From an uncultured Chloroflexia bacterium (GTDB lineage: Bacteria; Chloroflexota; Limnocylindria; Limnocylindrales; CSP1-4): a DNA stretch of 64,000 nucleotides. The notes under the pieces were generated by a model. It made no database searches. It had not been told where the DNA came from and worked only from the letters and a program-made list of their open reading frames with translations. Positions within the stretch are counted from its first letter, which is position 1. Each line of letters starts with the position of its first letter. This document shows, piece by piece, positions 62,380 through 64,000 of the stretch. The stretch lies in contig CAVVHT010000009.1 in assembly GCA_963748235.1 (NCBI GenBank), positions 1,414,756-1,478,755 of the forward strand. The letters run 5' to 3'. A program made the translations under genes and the position numbers.

Positions 62380-63315
62380 TCAGCGCCAGAGAACGGTCAG
62401 GTCGCGACCGAGCAGGCTTCCGAGGCGCTCAATGTCCGGCAGCAGCTCGGCCCGCAACGAAGCCGCTACCTGCGGGTCGAGCGGCGGACGCTTCTGCGGC
62501 CGAGAGTTAACTCGATCCCAGGCGCGACCGACCGTGGGTCGCGCGCGTGGCGGGATCACCGCTCGAGCCACCCTGATCACGCGCGGCGAAAGCAGCGCCT
62601 GCTGCACGCGCCAGCTGCGTCGTTCGGCGCCTGCGTTGACCACTTGGAAGCTCGGCCGGAAATCCGGATCAACTCGCAGAAACTCGAGCACCGAGCGGTA
62701 GGCACCGGCCGGATCGCGAATGAAGTCATCGAAGAGCACCACGTGGACCTGCTCGCGCCCAAACGTGTCGAAATAGCGCGCAACCTGCTCGCCGTACCGT
62801 CCGACCTCTCGATAGAACAGTGCCTTGATGTTGCGTGCCCGCGCCGGGATCCGACGTCCGGCTTTGCGGTCGGCTTCGGCATCGAGAGCGTCGGCGAAGT
62901 CGGCCAGGTCCTCCGAGCCAGCGTAAAGGCGTCGGCCGTGGAGCGAGTACAGCATCTGCACCGGATGGCGCAGCATGGCGATGATCCGCGCATCAGGGTT
63001 CGCGGCGTGAATGTTGGCTGAGGCTTCTCGGGAGTAGAGGTACCAGGTTGACGCCTCGCCCGTCAGTTGGTCCGTGCGCGCACCGTTGAACAGGGCCAGG
63101 TACGCATCGCGGTCGCGGGTGAACGTTATCGACTCGAGGTAGCTGCCCGAGTCGAGATCGGTCGCGAAGTACTGAGGTTCCTTGAGCGCCGAGTTGTGGA
63201 TCTCGGGATGATCGCCCAGGTAGTCGAACATGAAGGTGGTCCCCGATCGCGGAGCACCCACGATCAGATAATCCGGGTAGCGGACGCCCGGCTCCGCCCT
63301 CCCCTCCGCATTCAC
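62380..63315 (-). CDS. PAPS-dependent sulfotransferase
   Basis: 5'-PSB loop 'IVGAPRSGTTF' and 3'-PB 'IIAMLRHPVQMLYSLH'. 311 aa, cytoplasmic. Confidence 0.85.
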   Translation of the reverse strand: MNAEGRAEPGVRYPDYLIVGAPRSGTTFMFDYLGDHPEIHNSALKEPQYFATDLDSGSYLESITFTRDRDAYLALFNGARTDQLTGEASTWYLYSREASANIHAANPDARIIAMLRHPVQMLYSLHGRRLYAGSEDLADFADALDAEADRKAGRRIPARARNIKALFYREVGRYGEQVARYFDTFGREQVHVVLFDDFIRDPAGAYRSVLEFLRVDPDFRPSFQVVNAGAERRSWRVQQALLSPRVIRVARAVIPPRARPTVGRAWDRVNSRPQKRPPLDPQVAASLRAELLPDIERLGSLLGRDLTVLWR

Positions 63316-63355
63316 ACCGATATTGTGCCTTCAGGACGCAGAATGGTCGGACGAC

Positions 63356-64000
63356 TCAGCGTTCCTGGTAGCCCAAGTCGGGTCCAGCGCCACGGAATCC
63401 GTCTGTGACGCCGCCGATGAGAGTGCCGGCGTCGACGGCAGGAGAATCGGAGCCAAGCAGGAAATTGTCGCCAGCGGGGTCCACGAAGCGTGGGTCCGCG
63501 ACCATACCGTGGGCCTCGAAGCCGGTCCACGTACGGAACGTAGTCAGGCTGTTCGTTCCGCTGCCCATGACCGTCGCGAGATAGCCGGCGCCAGGCATCT
63601 GGTGAACAATGTTGTAGTCGACCACGACTGAGTCCGGCAGCGCGGTGTCGATGCCGTAGACCTTGCCGTGCGAGATCGAGATCACGTTGTTCACGATGCG
63701 CAGCCCGTCGATAGAGCCGCCGAAGCCGCCGAGATAGTGCGACAGAGCAAACACCCAGTACTGCATGCCGTGGAAGGTGTTGTTCGCGATCAGGGTGTTC
63801 GACGCACAACGCAGGACCATCCCCACCGTGCGGTCGGCCGTTGTATCGCCGTAGTTCAGGTTGCGCGTATATGAATTGCCGTTGCACGGAGTCCGGTTGG
63901 CATCAGTGCCGGTCTCCAGGACGTTGCGGTTATCCCAGGTGACGTTGTCGGTGATCTCCCAGTTGCTCGCGGCGTAGATTGAGAACGCGCCACCGTCCCA
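63356..64000 (-). CDS. Right-handed parallel beta-helix repeat protein (5' end outside window)
   Basis: The frame of track ORF 63356..63826 stays open to base 64000. Repeated 'N-x-I/V-x-x-N' rungs ('NTLIANNTFHG', 'LRIVNNVISIS', 'VVDYNIV'). C-terminal 'FVDPAGDNFLLGSDSPAVDAG'. Confidence 0.7.
   Translation of the reverse strand, partial: WDGGAFSIYAASNWEITDNVTWDNRNVLETGTDANRTPCNGNSYTRNLNYGDTTADRTVGMVLRCASNTLIANNTFHGMQYWVFALSHYLGGFGGSIDGLRIVNNVISISHGKVYGIDTALPDSVVVDYNIVHQMPGAGYLATVMGSGTNSLTTFRTWTGFEAHGMVADPRFVDPAGDNFLLGSDSPAVDAGTLIGGVTDGFRGAGPDLGYQER

Overview
GC-rich bacterial chromosomal window (about two-thirds G+C by eye). The gene content looks like a monoderm-type high-GC lineage: OpcA-dependent G6PDH, F420/LLM oxidoreductase, LCP ligase, ComEA/ComEC and a MoaD-MoaE fusion. 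A Chloroflexota- or Actinomycetota-like origin is only a low-confidence guess. I call about 60 protein genes and see no rRNA, tRNA, CRISPR array, transposase or integrase.

Layout:
- 0-5 kb: comEA-comEC-HD-holA.
- 5-9 kb (minus strand): rho-obg-nadD-rsfS.
- 9.5-14 kb: transaldolase, a double GNAT, DinB and pyrG.
- 14-22 kb: tandem array of six paralogous PD40/TolB-like beta-propeller genes (five lipoproteins, one fused to a putative anti-sigma module) with an embedded ECF sigma gene.
- 22-29.6 kb: envelope genes (LysM, LCP, secreted protein) and psuG/psuK.
- 29.7-38 kb: pentose-phosphate operon tkt-pgi-gnd-zwf-opcA-pgl.
- 38-45 kb: chrA, a Rieske protein, an EamA transporter and a YhaN/YhaO-type SbcCD-like pair.
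- 45.5-55.5 kb: catabolic and cofactor genes (pruA, capA, class-III aminotransferase, CoA-transferase A/B, dppA, moaD-moaE, LLM).
- 55.5-64 kb: glycan cluster (AsnB-like PP-loop protein, gmd, gmhA, hddC-like, two GT4 genes, P-loop kinase-like protein, sulfotransferase, beta-helix protein).

The most striking property is that many genes, including rho, obg, nadD, pyrG, opcA and pgl, are broken by frameshifts. The breaks fall in four discrete patches, while about 40 kb elsewhere reads cleanly. This most plausibly reflects local sequence or assembly error, although the sigma/anti-sigma-propeller genes also carry in-frame stop codons.

I found no single clearly novel system. The best candidates are the ECF-linked propeller array and the possibly sulfated 6-deoxyheptose glycan cluster. 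Several structured intergenic elements are also worth a look: loop-conserved hairpin repeats between rho and obg, ECF-type promoter motifs, and an SD-sequestering hairpin before capA.

All calls come from reading the translations and sequence by eye. No database search was run, and frameshift positions are approximate.
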